DNA of 64,000 nt from Iphione sp. A-MEVVRFRX5 (GCA_976226885.1 OZ320317.1:74958001-75022000), one strand, 5' to 3'; positions 22,601 through 35,886 are shown, counted from the first letter of the stretch. Notes: generated by a model from the letters alone, not told the origin. Numbers and translations are program-made.

Positions 22601-23809
22601 GGGGGGTGGGTGGCTGAACAAACTGTGCAGGCAACATCTTATTTAGCAGACCACCTCTGGTAGTGGAGAAGTTTGGTCTCTGTTGAGGTCTGGTCTTCTC
22701 TATGGTCTCTTTCTATATAGAAATGTATGCTTGGGTTCTGCAAAACGCTGGTATTTCCCCTGGCCTGGTATCCTCTGTGATCTGGTCTTTAAGCGAGAGT
22801 TGACTGTACTTACATGGGCATCTTCCATACAATATTAGTCCTAAAACAGGGCCCCACCATCTGTCATTCTGTCTTCATAGGCCATTGATAAATAGTACAA
22901 GCCTGTGTTGGGTTGACGAGACCATTTGATATGCAAGTAAATAATAAGTATAGATACCTGTCAATATACGTGAGAACTGGAGCCGCGTCGTGTTGGTGTT
23001 CTGGTGTATTGTGTATACATGTACATACATATAATATGTGAGATGTCTAGACTGTCTGGCTGAACGTTTTGGCACACATTCTACAGTGTCAGCCATCCGG
23101 TATTGTATACCAGGATAGTATAGGCGACCCGAATGCCTCAGATTGTGAAGTTGACTGAACGAGACACTACATCTAACTGATATATTATGCAACTATCAGT
23201 TGTTTATTATGAGAATAAAATTAAAAACCTTTTAGAATATCGTAATTAACGTGATCATTTTATCTGGTTATTGATTTCGAAATTAAACATAACATGGTGA
23301 AAAATACTCCACATCTATATTATTCCATGTTCCTCTTGACAAAGCCGATTTACAAGTATATGTGCATATTCTTCAAAATAATTAATATTTTCTTTGGCAT
23401 GTTACATCGTTCATATTCGGTGATCCATTCAAAGCATCACCGCACATACAAATATAAATAGCCACATCGACCAATGGCAACAGTACATTGTTGGTTGAAG
23501 CATCCAGAGCTCTGCGCATGCAGGTTAGCACAGAGTATGCTAAAAAAAGGAACGGTGACGAAGCGATAAAAAAAGTTTAACCACAGAAGACTTGAACCTT
23601 GCACGTGGAATGGGCGAGTCCATTACAACAGGAGGGGAGACAGACCACGTGCACACATGCCGAACAAAAGTTCTATGAGTTGATCATGATTCATGAGAGT
23701 ATCTAAAGGCTATTCCCATGTACGCGAACCTTCCGCACATGCCACTCTGTGCGTGGAGAGCGGGAGGACCGGTCCAAGCAGTTAACCCCATGTAAGTCAA
23801 CTACTCGGA

Positions 23810-23970
23810 CACGGCAAAACTGAGGCAAGTGTGGCCGATAAAGGGCAAAACTGAGGCAAATCAGCCGAAAAACGGCAAACCCCAGGCATATTTGCCTGAA
23901 ACTCAGGCATATTTGGCCGAAGAATGGCAAACCTCGGGCATCTTTGCCCAAAATATGCCGAAACAGGCAG
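23810..23970. repeat. Degenerate ~27-bp tandem array
   Basis: Recurring GGCAAAACTGAGGCAA / GGCAAACCnnnGGCAT units. Confidence 0.55.
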
Positions 23971-24054
23971 TGCGTATAACCGGATACCTGGTGGGGATAG
24001 ACCCTGCATCAGGTGGTGGGGTGGGGTCGTCTGGGTAGTCCAGACCATGCAACA

Positions 24055-24214
24055 CAGGCCCGTAGCCAGGAAGTTTTGTCGGGGATATTGGACGATACCT
24101 CCAATACAACACAGGTGGAACTAATTTTTTCCCATCCCTATAAAGGCAAATAGGCATTTATGGCTGTGGGGAGTATCGGACAATACCCCCGATACCCCCT
24201 TGGCTACGGGCCTG
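24055..24214 (-). mobile_element. 160-bp CAGGCCCG MITE with 5-bp TSD (CAACA)
   Basis: CAACA|CAGGCCCGTAGCCA...TGGCTACGGGCCTG|CAACA; interior is the reverse complement of the 15107 copy. Confidence 0.85.
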
Positions 24215-24989
24215 CAACAAGTGGCGTGCGGACAATTCACGTGCATGGGGATAGCACTTAACACTATGCAAGTCTTTGTGTAGATGACACAGTGAGCAAA
24301 TAGCCGTTGACACAGATTAAGTGGGCCGCACCTGTCGTGCTGCAGTCGTGGGCCCAGTTGCTTCATTGTCTTGATGAACTTCAATAATTAGTCAGGAAAA
24401 ACTTGAAATTGAAAAGAGACGTGTTTATCACAATAGCAAGTCGGAGGTACAGGTAAAATAAGACCTGTTTTCACCAATTTCTCTTGATTTTGTCGACTTA
24501 ATTAATTTTCGGAGTAACCTTTACGCATTTCCCCAGATTTTTCTGATTGGTTTCATTCATTAGAGCAAACCTCAACAAATATCCCTAAATTTCACTAAAT
24601 TTATGAAACAGACGCACGCAACCCCCACCCCACCTTTTCGTCCCTTCCAGTTATATAGTGTGCAGCCATATTTGTATTCCGGTCTGATCGCTACATATTG
24701 GCGGCTGTATGAGTGGTGCTTATCAATGTTTAGACTGTTGTTAACTTGCCATTGAGCATACAACAATGTGTACACCTCATTTGTATTCTCTATAGTCCAT
24801 CTGCCGCTTTAAATATAGGCAATGAACTCCTCCAAAATAGTTTAATGCTAGGGAGCCATAGACAAAGGGTTGAAGAGAGCATAGGAAGTATGGGATTGTT
24901 GTTTCAGACCTCCATAAGGCCCACTATTCGTGCGTATGGGTTTTTTTCCTGCACAACGGATACGTGGGTCTGGGAAAAAATGATCCTAT

Positions 24990-25453
24990 GGTGTTTAACA
25001 TGGCTGTTTCCGTGTGTCCATGCTCATTGCCCCATGCTCCATGTAAAATTCATGTAAAAATTTTCCAATTTGCATATCAGTTGCATATAAAATTAAACAG
25101 TTTCCAATGATATGCGTCAGTCTCCATGAAAACGGCACAGTTTCCACTGATATGCTTGGATTTCCAAGCAAAATGGCATGGTTTCCACTGATATGCTTTG
25201 AAGACTTTGAACAATGTCCCTGAAAAACGGCAGTTTGCACTGATATGTTTCGATCTCCATGAAAAAGGGCACGGTTTCCACCAATATGCTTCAATCTCCA
25301 AACACACACATACACACGCCAACACCACACGCACACTCTCTCTCTTCCCTGGCAGAGGATGGACTGAGGGACAGTCAGGGTACGACAGGTGGTGGCCCGT
25401 ACACATGGAAAGCACCTCTCCAGAGTGGTGCGGAGGGGTCCTGAAAATCGGCC
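24990..25453 (+). mobile_element. Tandem-array-carrying element related to 15702-16380
   Basis: AATTTGCATATCAGTTGCATA, then repeated TTTCCACTGATATGC units, a (CA)-rich tract and a GAAAATCGGCCC end. Confidence 0.55.
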
Positions 25454-25464
25454 CCTTTTCCAGA

Positions 25465-27320
25465 TTTGAATTTGAATTTGAAATCTTTTTATTGTGTCAT
25501 CAATTACAACACACCATAGGTTGATTTACAAACGTGGCTCAAACGAGGGATAACCCTCAACATACTTAACTAATGATGTTGAATACACATACATGTACTT
25601 ATCACACCTACCATGGCATACATTAGTTGCAAGCCATGGATTGGCTGTCCATCACCATACCAACATACAGAGTCACTTCTATTTCTAGCCGTTTTAATGC
25701 AAATACTGTTGAATTCTCACTGTTCCTGGACTAGCCTTCTCAGACATCTTTTAAACTGTACATGGTCACAATACAGCACAGAGACAGGTAGCTGATTCCA
25801 TATACCTGAGCCAGTATAAACAAAACTGTTAGAGTACTGTGCAGAATTTGGCCTCTTTCAAGAGTTTAATCATCACACGACACCCAGACCTGGTCCCCCT
25901 GGAGTGCTGTTCCTCCAAGAAACCTAGACGAAACATGTCATTATCCAATAATAGCTGCAGATACTTAGCCCGTTGATCTAGCCTAAGTACACCATGGGTG
26001 CTCAACCATATGTTTGCTTCATCCCTTGATGACCAAGGGTTCAACACGCACCCCCATATAGTCCTATACCAACAGCGCTCAAGGTCTAGATAGTACTGCC
26101 AACCAGTGCCCTGCAACAGCGCTAAGCCATAGTCCAGATGAGGGCACACAAAGACTTTAAGAAGCTGTGTCATAATGTTGCCAGTAATATATAGTCTGGC
26201 CCGTCTTAGGAGAAATATCACAGAATTTATCCTTTTGATCTTTTGTTCCACCATTGCAGCAAAGGTCATTCTATTGTCCAACATCATACCTAGGATATTA
26301 AACTCTCTAACCTTTCCTAGCTGACTGCCCCCCAGTTCCAACCCCAATTCTAAGTTGCGGCCCCGGCCAAAGACCATATACTTAGACTTGCTCCTATTAA
26401 TAACAAACCTATTGTTCGAGCATGAAGCCCTGACATTGTCTAAACTGTGCTGTGCTTTTGCCCTGCGTGCAAACCCATTTGAACCCCATGTAATCAATGT
26501 GATGTTGTCTGCATATAAAATAAATCGACTTGGAAACTCCACCTCGAAAATTGTATTAATCATGATCAAGAACATCCAGGGGCCCAAAATGGACCCCTGG
26601 GGCACCCCCCTTGTTACTTGCTTATTTTCGGAAATTTTACCATTGCATCTCACTCTCTGCTGCCTACCCCCCAGATACGACCGGATCCATGACAGCACCA
26701 CTCCAGATATCCCTAAGCTAATAGTCCATGCTGCACCAGGTTAAAAGCCTTAGACATGTCTAAATAGATGGCGCTCACATATCTTCCCATATTCAATTGC
26801 TCAAAAAGCTCGTTCATCAACACGCCCGCTGCTAGTTGGTTCCCACGCCCTCCCCTAAACCCAAACTGCTTCTTACCAAGAAGATTATTTCCCTTCACAT
26901 AAGTAGATAATTGGTTCCACAGAATCTTCTCCACAATCTTGCCTGGCACTGGTAGCAGGGACACTGGCCGGTAGTTAGATACATTGGAAGGATTACCCTT
27001 TTTCAACAAGGGAACGACAGTGACCAACTTCCAATCATCAGGGAAGACACCTTCTCATAACGATTTATTGACCAGTTCTGTAAACCGATGTAGTGTGATT
27101 AAGGGTGCATCCTTCAATACACTGGTTCTTATATCAGGTAGTCCCGACGGTTTGCCATTCTTCACCTTTTTGACTAATCAAGCAACATCACTTTCACTCA
27201 CCAACTGAAAATCAGACATTGTTACCTCAATCACAGCATCATATCCAACCTGAGACTCTTTAACGACTGTACCCTTCCCAAGATTTATTCTCAATTTGTA
27301 CTCCATCCTCCTTCAACACC
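25465..27320 (-). mobile_element. 5'-truncated, decayed CR1/L2-group LINE (RT domain + 3' UTR)
   Basis: NYRPVSLLP, KAFN, GVPQGSILGP and YADN (two conserved D->N); frameshift near 26710; 3' end AATAAA + (TTCAAA)3. Shares the KPSG motif with the full-length LINE. Confidence 0.9.
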
Positions 27321-27377
27321 ACCCCTGAGCTCATCCTAGTCTTGCCGAAAACGACTCAGATGACTCAGAAATACAGA

Positions 27378-27915
27378 AAACATTTTCATGTGTCCAGATT
27401 TTGTCTCCATACACTATGTATGTGGGTACAGAAAAGAATCTCGTATGAAGTAACTGGGTTTATTTCATGGGTACATGTACGGAGTCTGGTGCTTGAAAAT
27501 GAACTGTCTATAAATTTCTCCCGACTCTGGACACTTAATACGGACAAGTAGGATAGAGAAAAGGACCACAAATAGAGGTTAGCTCGTGTAAAGTATCTAA
27601 TTTGCATATCATTTGCATAAAACAATTTCCATCAAAATGCTTTAATCTCGAAAAGGTGGCACTGATATGCTTCAATTTCCATAAAAACTGCCAAATTTCC
27701 AAATATACACAATGTAGTTTCTTAAAAAAAAATGCACATTTTCCACAGATATATATCCAGTACCAGCCCCCCTCCCCCAACACACAGAGGACAAGAGACC
27801 ATTCTGCATCCTTCCAGACTATATATAAAATCTGGATACATGGAAACAGGGCATCTGGAAAATCAGCAAAATCTCTGCACCGTCCGTTCCTTACACATCT
27901 GGACACATGAGAACC
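27378..27915 (+). mobile_element. Third member of the array-carrying TIR family
   Basis: Inverted repeat TCATGTGTCCAGAT (~27386 / ~27910); AATTTGCATATCATTTGCATA and CACTGATATGCTTCAATTTCC units. Confidence 0.55.
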
Positions 27916-30900
27916 TGACCTAAATGGTGAAAAACGTCTGAGCGGATGTTATACACTATTTAAAGTTTGTCACCTTAAAAGGTATGATAAAGGAAAGAAA
28001 ACCTACACACAAAATTCTGTTTTAATCTTTTATTTCATACATCTGCAGACACCTTTTCAAAAAAACATCTAACAAAGCACATGTATAACAGTGACCCTGG
28101 GCACATCACTCGTGAACTGGGAGACTGAGCTGACTACCGCACAGGGGAGGTCTGGACTAGTATAGGGTACGAAATAATGAAAGGCAGCGACGTCAGTCAT
28201 GTCTGTCATAAGTAAGTGAATACGAATGTATTCGTTACATGTCAACGTTACATTAAGTACTTAAATCTAGGTAGGGTTTTGTGTTTATTTAACATGAAAT
28301 CCTCTAATAATTGGTGAACTCCGGCATTTCTTGTGCAGACGTTGCATCAAATCACTGGCTAAGTAATCAAATTCAAGTGTCTTTTGTGTTTGTGTTGCAT
28401 GCGAAATTTTTTTTTGTTTTAGTCGTCGTACACACTGTGTGCCTCTCATCATCTCGTACCGTTAGCTATCACCTTTAACGTGCCACCCCTCCACAAGAGA
28501 GAGGAGAGAGGTCTGTACACAGCAATAGATCATAGACATGTACACATGTGAAGAGTCTTTACACATGTGTACACGCTCACCGAGGAATTCACTTTTTAAG
28601 GTTGTCTTATCTTATGGTCCCTTCTAATCTATCTGAAAAGGGTATGCTTTGATATGCCCTTTATGCCTGAACCTATGGTCATTTCAATAAATGTCCTTTA
28701 ACGTACCGCAGACGTTACGGACGGCCATTTTACAATTGGTACTGTATCTGGGAAGAATTATTCCCAATCAGCCACCGGTTGTATGTGGTTATCTATGCCA
28801 TACTAAACCTTCATCCATTCAATGATGTACCTAATAATTTCAAGTGTTCATCAAATGAGACAAGGAAAAATAACTATTCAAACGTGGTTCAAGACTAGCC
28901 AGTAAACTGGTACGTCGAATGCTCAATCTAAGACGGCATCCAAGCTGACTACATCAACGCAGAGAAATAGTATGCATAACACATAAAGAGTTGCTGCTTT
29001 ATGCAGCGTATAAAATCTATAGCAGAAAAATCAACCATATATCATTGACGAACGAGCTTGTGTTTCTCAGTATTTTTAAGGCTTCTTAAGTGTCTTTCTT
29101 GCTTGCTTAAGTTGCGTTCAGTTACCTTCAATCAAATAACTATTACATAGACACATATTACACCGCGTTTCAAAGTCATCCATATTAAAGTGTATTTACT
29201 GCGCACGATGTGTAATAGCTTAAAATTACCATAATGAACATTGCCCGTTCCAACAATGGTGGCGGGGTGATGCTCTGCAAGCTGTAAATAAACTGCAATA
29301 GAGAGGAATGGAAATACAGCCTATCCCTGCCATCCAGAAATCAGAGACATTTCACCGTTGCCTTTGTCATACTGTTAGACACGCCCAATCCACACATCAC
29401 CGACTGACTTGTGACACAACTCCAGCACTCCCGTGTAGAATTGGCTCTAAATATCCACTACAAATAAGTCAATGTATACAGTAAATACCACATCAAATAT
29501 GAAACAAAACTGACAAAACTTCCACTTCTCATACGACCGCCAACTGTTTCAATACATGAAACAAAAAAAAACGCAAACAGCATTTCTGTCACAAACTGCC
29601 TGGTACGCTACGCGTACAAAATATATTCAAGCTATCCAATACTGGATCACCGGTAATATTATCCACTTTAGCAAAGTTTATATACTCGAAAACCATGTGC
29701 GTGTAAAAAAAAAAGTATTAAATACCGCAAATAAATAATCCCACAGACTAGAATACTTCGCAGTGGTGGTAATTTCGTCCATAAAATGTATCCCTTGAAA
29801 AAGAATGGCAAAATACGAGAATTAGTGAACCCAAGTAAGCGTAATACCCTTTGCATCTTACATCATAATTTTCTTTTTAGGAAAGACAGGAACAAAGAAA
29901 TGCAAAACAATAAACCCTTTAACCTTTTGGTGAGCCTTCTCCTTCACCTGCTGAATTACGATATCAATAATGGAAGCTATTTTGGAGAGGCAGTTTAACA
30001 GCGCGTGATGCCGGCGGGCAATTACACATCTCATTGTATGTAAAATCTTGGGTTGATGGTGAAAACTTTTGAACGTTTCTTATCTGAAAGACTAATTTCG
30101 TGGTAACATGCTATTCACATGTGGAACCAACGGAGACAGCTGTTACCAAACAAAAAAGAACAATCATCCCGAAGGACGCATGGCATGTACATGCACATTA
30201 GTTTAAACACGAATCAGTTCACTCCATTGAAAGAACTTTGTTATACATCGCAGTAATGACATTATGACTATTTCCCTTTTTTGAGGAGGGGGGAGCAACC
30301 TCACATAACCGAAAGCTGGACGATGGAGGATGAGGTTCTACTTGGGATGGGATTATCACATGGGTCGCACTGACGAGACATCGCCCTCAACACGAATATG
30401 GTAAAGAGATCTCACAGCGGAGGCACGAATGTGGAAAAAAAAACCTCCATAGCGGAATTCGCCTTACCTGTGCCGGCAAAGCTACTGTTAATATTTATTT
30501 AACTAGACATTGCACGCTAGAACTGAATACATTTGTAGATAATGTAAATGAACGTAGCCAATAACAATGTTGCTCTGTATTTGTCAACTAGTGGGCAAAA
30601 AAAATCTAAATGATGATGGACAGACACATAATTCTTTCACAACACCTTACATCGGTAATATCACTATTCACTGCTTTTCAACGACATAGATTTCAAACAT
30701 TGTGTGGCCTTCTGCATGGAAACCGCCTCAGGAACTAGAATCAGATCCTCGTTGCTGAGTCTGACTACATGACGGGGTGTTTATAAAGAGTGGGGGGTCC
30801 TTTCGAATGGGGCAATTGTGCGGCCGATAGTGTGGGCCTTCGGGAGGGCTGCCCTTTATAACATCCCCCCCACTTCATGGGGGTGCTACGTATACAGATA

Positions 30901-30930
30901 TGGCAGGCTGGATGGGTCGTGGGCAGGTGA

Positions 30931-32226
30931 CTAGCGCGGGTCCAGCTTATAGTGGTTGGCAGTCCTCTTGAGGTGTGCCAGCGTCAGGGTCAGACAATTC
31001 CAGAAGGGCTCCATGCCGTACTCGATATCATGTCGCTTGCAGATGGCCTCCACCTCAGGACCAATGACACGCAGGTATTTGCGCGCCAGTTTGGGGAAGA
31101 GGTGGTGCTCTATGTGGTAGTTCAGGCCGCCGTAGTACCAGTCCAGGTAGCGCGGCGTATCAATATTCAGATTGGACAGCACCTGGAACTCGTACCACGA
31201 CCTCTTGTGGAAGTCGCTGACAGTGGCGAAGGCTCGTGCGTAGTGGCTGAGGATGAGCTGGAAATGAAAGACGCCCTCGACGGAGGCGGCGATAACGTAG
31301 AAGACGGCGGCCCGCTGCCAGGTGGGCAGCTGCCAGAGCAGCGGCAGCATCCAGCTCCAGTGCAGCACGATCGCAATCCACTCATACCAGCGCCGCTCGA
31401 CGCGGTACGAGTCGAGCAGGATCTCGGCGCGCCCGCAGAACATGACGACCGGGATGAAGGTGATGTGCTGGATTTTGACCAGGATGTACTGCAGCCAGCC
31501 ACGGAAGAGCGGGAAGAGCAGCACGTTCTGCGCCCACACCGACTCCCACATCTGTGGGTCGACGAAGCGCTGCGCCAGGTCGACGGTGTTGGTCATGCCG
31601 TGGTGAATGATGTGCTCGTCCTGCCACCAGTGCGCACTCATGCCGAAGAAGACGGTGCCGAAGAGCAGCCCGCCCGCGCGATCCTTCTTGTTCGAGCGGA
31701 ACACCTGCCCGTGCATGAAGTCGTGCATGATGAAGCCGCTCTGCTGCCAAAAGAAGGCCAGCGCCACGCCGGCCGCGTAGTGGCAGAGCCAGTGGTTCGT
31801 GCAGCACACCAGATACAGCACCGTCGAGGCAATGCAGGCCACAAAGAGGATCTTCTTCACATAGTACCAGTAGTCGGTGCGGAAGTAGCCGCGCTCCTCG
31901 CACCTCTTCAGCAGGGCCTCGAACTCGGCGTCGGCCGGGTGGCGTGCCCACTGCACGTAGGTGCCGACCGGGCGCCGCCGCTCTAACACCCAGCTGGGAT
32001 GACGGTAGGCTTTGAAGACGGTGCTGGCATCCTGACCGACGAACTGCTCCAGGATGGGCCCGCCAGGATGCTTGTCGATGAAGTGTGTGACATCGTACCA
32101 CTTGCCATCGACGCCGACTAGTTTACGGTTGGGGTCCGACTCCGGCGTCCGGTCAGTCTTCTTCGGGCTCACCTCGTCGCTGACTCCGGTGGTCCGCTGC
32201 CGGACCTCGGTAGGAATGGGCGCCAT
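30931..32226 (-). CDS. Cytochrome-b5-fusion (front-end-type) membrane desaturase, 431 aa, intronless CDS
   Basis: HPGG heme motif; His boxes HDFMH, HIIHH and HIEHH(LFP); hydrophobic segments. Acceptor TCTCATTCTAG directly before ccATGg implies a 5' UTR intron. Confidence 0.95.
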   Translation of the reverse strand: MAPIPTEVRQRTTGVSDEVSPKKTDRTPESDPNRKLVGVDGKWYDVTHFIDKHPGGPILEQFVGQDASTVFKAYRHPSWVLERRRPVGTYVQWARHPADAEFEALLKRCEERGYFRTDYWYYVKKILFVACIASTVLYLVCCTNHWLCHYAAGVALAFFWQQSGFIMHDFMHGQVFRSNKKDRAGGLLFGTVFFGMSAHWWQDEHIIHHGMTNTVDLAQRFVDPQMWESVWAQNVLLFPLFRGWLQYILVKIQHITFIPVVMFCGRAEILLDSYRVERRWYEWIAIVLHWSWMLPLLWQLPTWQRAAVFYVIAASVEGVFHFQLILSHYARAFATVSDFHKRSWYEFQVLSNLNIDTPRYLDWYYGGLNYHIEHHLFPKLARKYLRVIGPEVEAICKRHDIEYGMEPFWNCLTLTLAHLKRTANHYKLDPR

Positions 32227-33614
32227 GGCTAGAATGAGAAGACAGTATACTTATCACGACTTGCACAGAATAATCATATCTCTTGACGCTACGACCTCAA
32301 AAATCGCAGCACAACTTGAAGACATGACAACTTGTCTTCATTATAGGTACATACATAGGTACACGAGTACATACCTTTCATATCCAAAGAATGCACGCAT
32401 GTATCTTTTCAGTTGTCAAATTGTTTTTGAAAAATAAGGTTTTGAAAGCTGCGACATGAGACAAAACTGTGATGCCTAGACTTTTAAGCAACAAGTTCAC
32501 CGGGAGATCTCTATGTATTCTATACTTGATACAATGAGAAAGGAATAAAACTAATTGAATCTTGAATCATACATTTTTCTATGGAGATCTGAATGGCTAG
32601 GATAATGGTCACAAAACGGTCACAAAGCTCAGACAGGACCTCCAGTTGTTCAGATTTAAAGTACTGGATTTTACATTTAGCGGTCAAACAAGATCATTCA
32701 TGTTAGAAAAGTATGGATCCAGATTTGCTACAACTATTAGATCGAGGAATGTTTTATTTGGCCTGCAAAACTTGTTTGGTAGGTAAGGTGTTTTTGGCAC
32801 AACGAAGATTTCGATTGCTAGCGCGCTGTTGGCGTAACTAAGCGAACCGGCGCTATGTACACTCAAAACACCTCATCACAAGGCACTTCCTAACATTAAA
32901 TTGTTAAATGATCGAAGAGTTTCCGTGTGTTGGTCGCGCAATGTACAATGCTGCAATACCAATCACAAAAGTAGCAAATCTGTATGGTCCAAATTTCTTT
33001 AAAAGGTAGATCAATGCATGAGATATACTTAAACGATTAAAGTCTCGTCAACCTTTCATATCTCAAAATGGCTCAGCAAGTCCCGCAGATCGTGCTTGTT
33101 ATCCGCAGAGTATATGCAAACAGGCGTTATACACAGATATATTTCTTTCTTTTTCTTAAATAGTCCACGCATCATGAGTGGTTGGCCTCGCTCCATCTTA
33201 GCTAGCTAACATACGTTATATGATCAGCTCAGGGATTAGGGCTCTTACCAACTGATTCATACAGCAGAAACCTCCCCAAGGTCTTGAGCAGACCTTAAAT
33301 CGTTATTAATCTTTCTACTGAAGTTCAAGAATGGGTCACGTGAAAGCCAGCGGACTAAATGAATGGGTGAGGGTGACGTAACTCACGAAATCATCTCACG
33401 ATGAATCATACTATGGGGTCCACATTTAGGTTCTGCTTAGGTCCGTTTCACATGCTCCCCGCCGTTGTAATATTTTATACGTTATATATATGACGTATTG
33501 ATAATCTGTATCTGATACAAAGACAAAAACCATGTGAGTGTGGACATTCATTTATGGAGACACAACTGCTATAAACAAGTGTGGACTTGGGAGGTCTATT
33601 GTTCCCTGCCATCA

Positions 33615-33836
33615 NNNNNNNNNNNNNNNNNNNNNNNNNNNNNNNNNNNNNNNNNNNNNNNNNNNNNNNNNNNNNNNNNNNNNNNNNNNNNNNNNNNNNN
33701 NNNNNNNNNNNNNNNNNNNNNNNNNNNNNNNNNNNNNNNNNNNNNNNNNNNNNNNNNNNNNNNNNNNNNNNNNNNNNNNNNNNNNNNNNNNNNNNNNNNN
33801 NNNNNNNNNNNNNNNNNNNNNNNNNNNNNNNNNNNN
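33615..33836. other. Assembly gap (N)
   Basis: Run of N. Confidence 1.
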
Positions 33837-33883
33837 TTGTTTTGCAGTGGTTTGGTGGGCTTCTTTAAGTCCTTCAGGTTTAC

Positions 33884-33970
33884 AACCCTTGGTTTTGCCT
33901 GACTGAGCACACTACCCTTGGTTCTGCCTGACTGAGCACACCACTCTCAGTTCTGCCTGACTGAGAACCA
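33884..33970. repeat. ~29-bp tandem repeat x3
   Basis: ACCCTTGGTTnTGCCTGACTGAGCAC units. Confidence 0.75.
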
Positions 33971-34511
33971 GACTGCTACAATCTGATACTGGTAGAAGCG
34001 AGGTACTGATGAGTGTGCACGTATGCATGTGTGTGCATTGTCAGACCTAGGAATCTCTAAACCAGGTATGTATGTTTGTAGGTGTATTAGCAGAAGAATA
34101 CAATTAGCATAATTTGAACTTTAAAATACTTGAATTACTACCAAAGTAACTCAGTGCCATGAGGTTGTGTATACAAATATCATATATTAAAAGCAGTTCT
34201 TTTGAGTGAAGGGTTTCAGAGTGTGATGGAAGGTTGGGACACCAGCCAGCAGCATTCCTAAGGTCCCCCTGTGTCAGGCGGGGGACAAAAATACCACAAA
34301 GAGTACACAGAAGTTTAAAAAAAACAAAGACAAAACATGAGTATACAGAGCAAATTGTGTACGAGAGTACGAAGAACAATTTAACCTTGAGGCTCAGGGG
34401 TGAGGTAGCATAAATGTGCGTTATCTCTCTGCACCGACGGAGAAAAAGTGGCAGATTATGCCTGGTATTTCACAACAAAATTACTTTTAAGTACTCTAAC
34501 ATAATTGGCAT

Positions 34512-34884
34512 NNNNNNNNNNNNNNNNNNNNNNNNNNNNNNNNNNNNNNNNNNNNNNNNNNNNNNNNNNNNNNNNNNNNNNNNNNNNNNNNNNNNNNNNN
34601 NNNNNNNNNNNNNNNNNNNNNNNNNNNNNNNNNNNNNNNNNNNNNNNNNNNNNNNNNNNNNNNNNNNNTTAATTAAGAATTTATNNNNNNNNNNNNNNNN
34701 NNNNNNNNNNNNNNNNNNNNNNNNNNNNNNNNNNNNNNNNNNNNNNNNNNNNNNNNNNNNNNNNNNNNNNNNNNNNNNNNNNNNNNNNNNNNNNNNNNNN
34801 NNNNNNNNNNNNNNNNNNNNNNNNNNNNNNNNNNNNNNNNNNNNNNNNNNNNNNNNNNNNNNNNNNNNNNNNNNNNNNNNNNNN
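34512..34884. other. Assembly gaps (N) separated by a 16-bp island (34669-34684)
   Basis: Runs of N. Confidence 1.
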
Positions 34885-35822
34885 TTCGTCAGGACTTGAA
34901 GTGGAACAGAATGCGACTTACGACACTCTGACAAGACATCTCAGCCTGTTTCTGCTAAACTCCACAATACTAAAACTATCCACATATAAACGTTAAAACT
35001 GGCCGTCACCTGAAATATCTACTTACGTTAGGCCACAATGAGTTGCTGGCGTCAACAGATGATTCTACGAACATGTGCACCCATTTTATATGGTGTGTTC
35101 CACCAATTTGGACTTTGCTGGGAGGCATCACGCCATCTGTTTCTACGTTCAAGTGTCCCAAATCATAACAACAACAAAAAAAAAAACACGCTTATCGATC
35201 ACACCTCTCCTCATGCCGCGTCCGAAAGGCGCCCTTTTGCACAGAACAGGACGAAACATTTGAATACTTATACATGTAGTTTTGGGGTAATGTATGCTTA
35301 CGGTCACTTCGCACTTGAGGCAAGCACGTCAGGTACGCCAGCACTCCTACGGGGCAATTTCCAATATTAATGACTTAACTCCACGTTACGATACGTGTAT
35401 GAACACAAGAACAGTAAACGTGCTTCGGTAGATTATAGTCCCCCCCCCACACACAAATTACATTATTTATACACTCGACCCATGAAATTTTATTTCACGT
35501 TTGTCCTAAAGAAAAAAACAGCAGAAAAAAAAACGAGCAAAAACTGGAGAGATTAGCAAGTATACAGTGCAATGTTATCGCTGGTACTTGAAAGTCTATA
35601 TTTGTACACGACAAATCACAGATGAACCTAGCTACAAAAAATTGTTAGGATTTCTTGATTTTCCTTTTTCTCTACAGGTTTATTATTCATTTAAGATATA
35701 AAACAATAGGAATGTGTATGGTTACAAACTAAAATATCTGGCACCACACTGACTTATCATATACATATATATATGTGTTTGGACAATTTGGTAAGTTGCT
35801 GTATGTTAAGTTCTGCGAGAGA

Positions 35823-35827
35823 AAGAC

Positions 35828-35886
<59 letters not shown>

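Noticed and set aside
30952-32101. Long overlapping ORFs (344 aa plus strand; 239 aa minus strand)
   Set aside because: Shadow ORFs expected from the high GC3 of the desaturase; no recognisable motifs.
33534-34934. Track ORFs spanning N runs
   Set aside because: Artefacts of translating assembly gaps.
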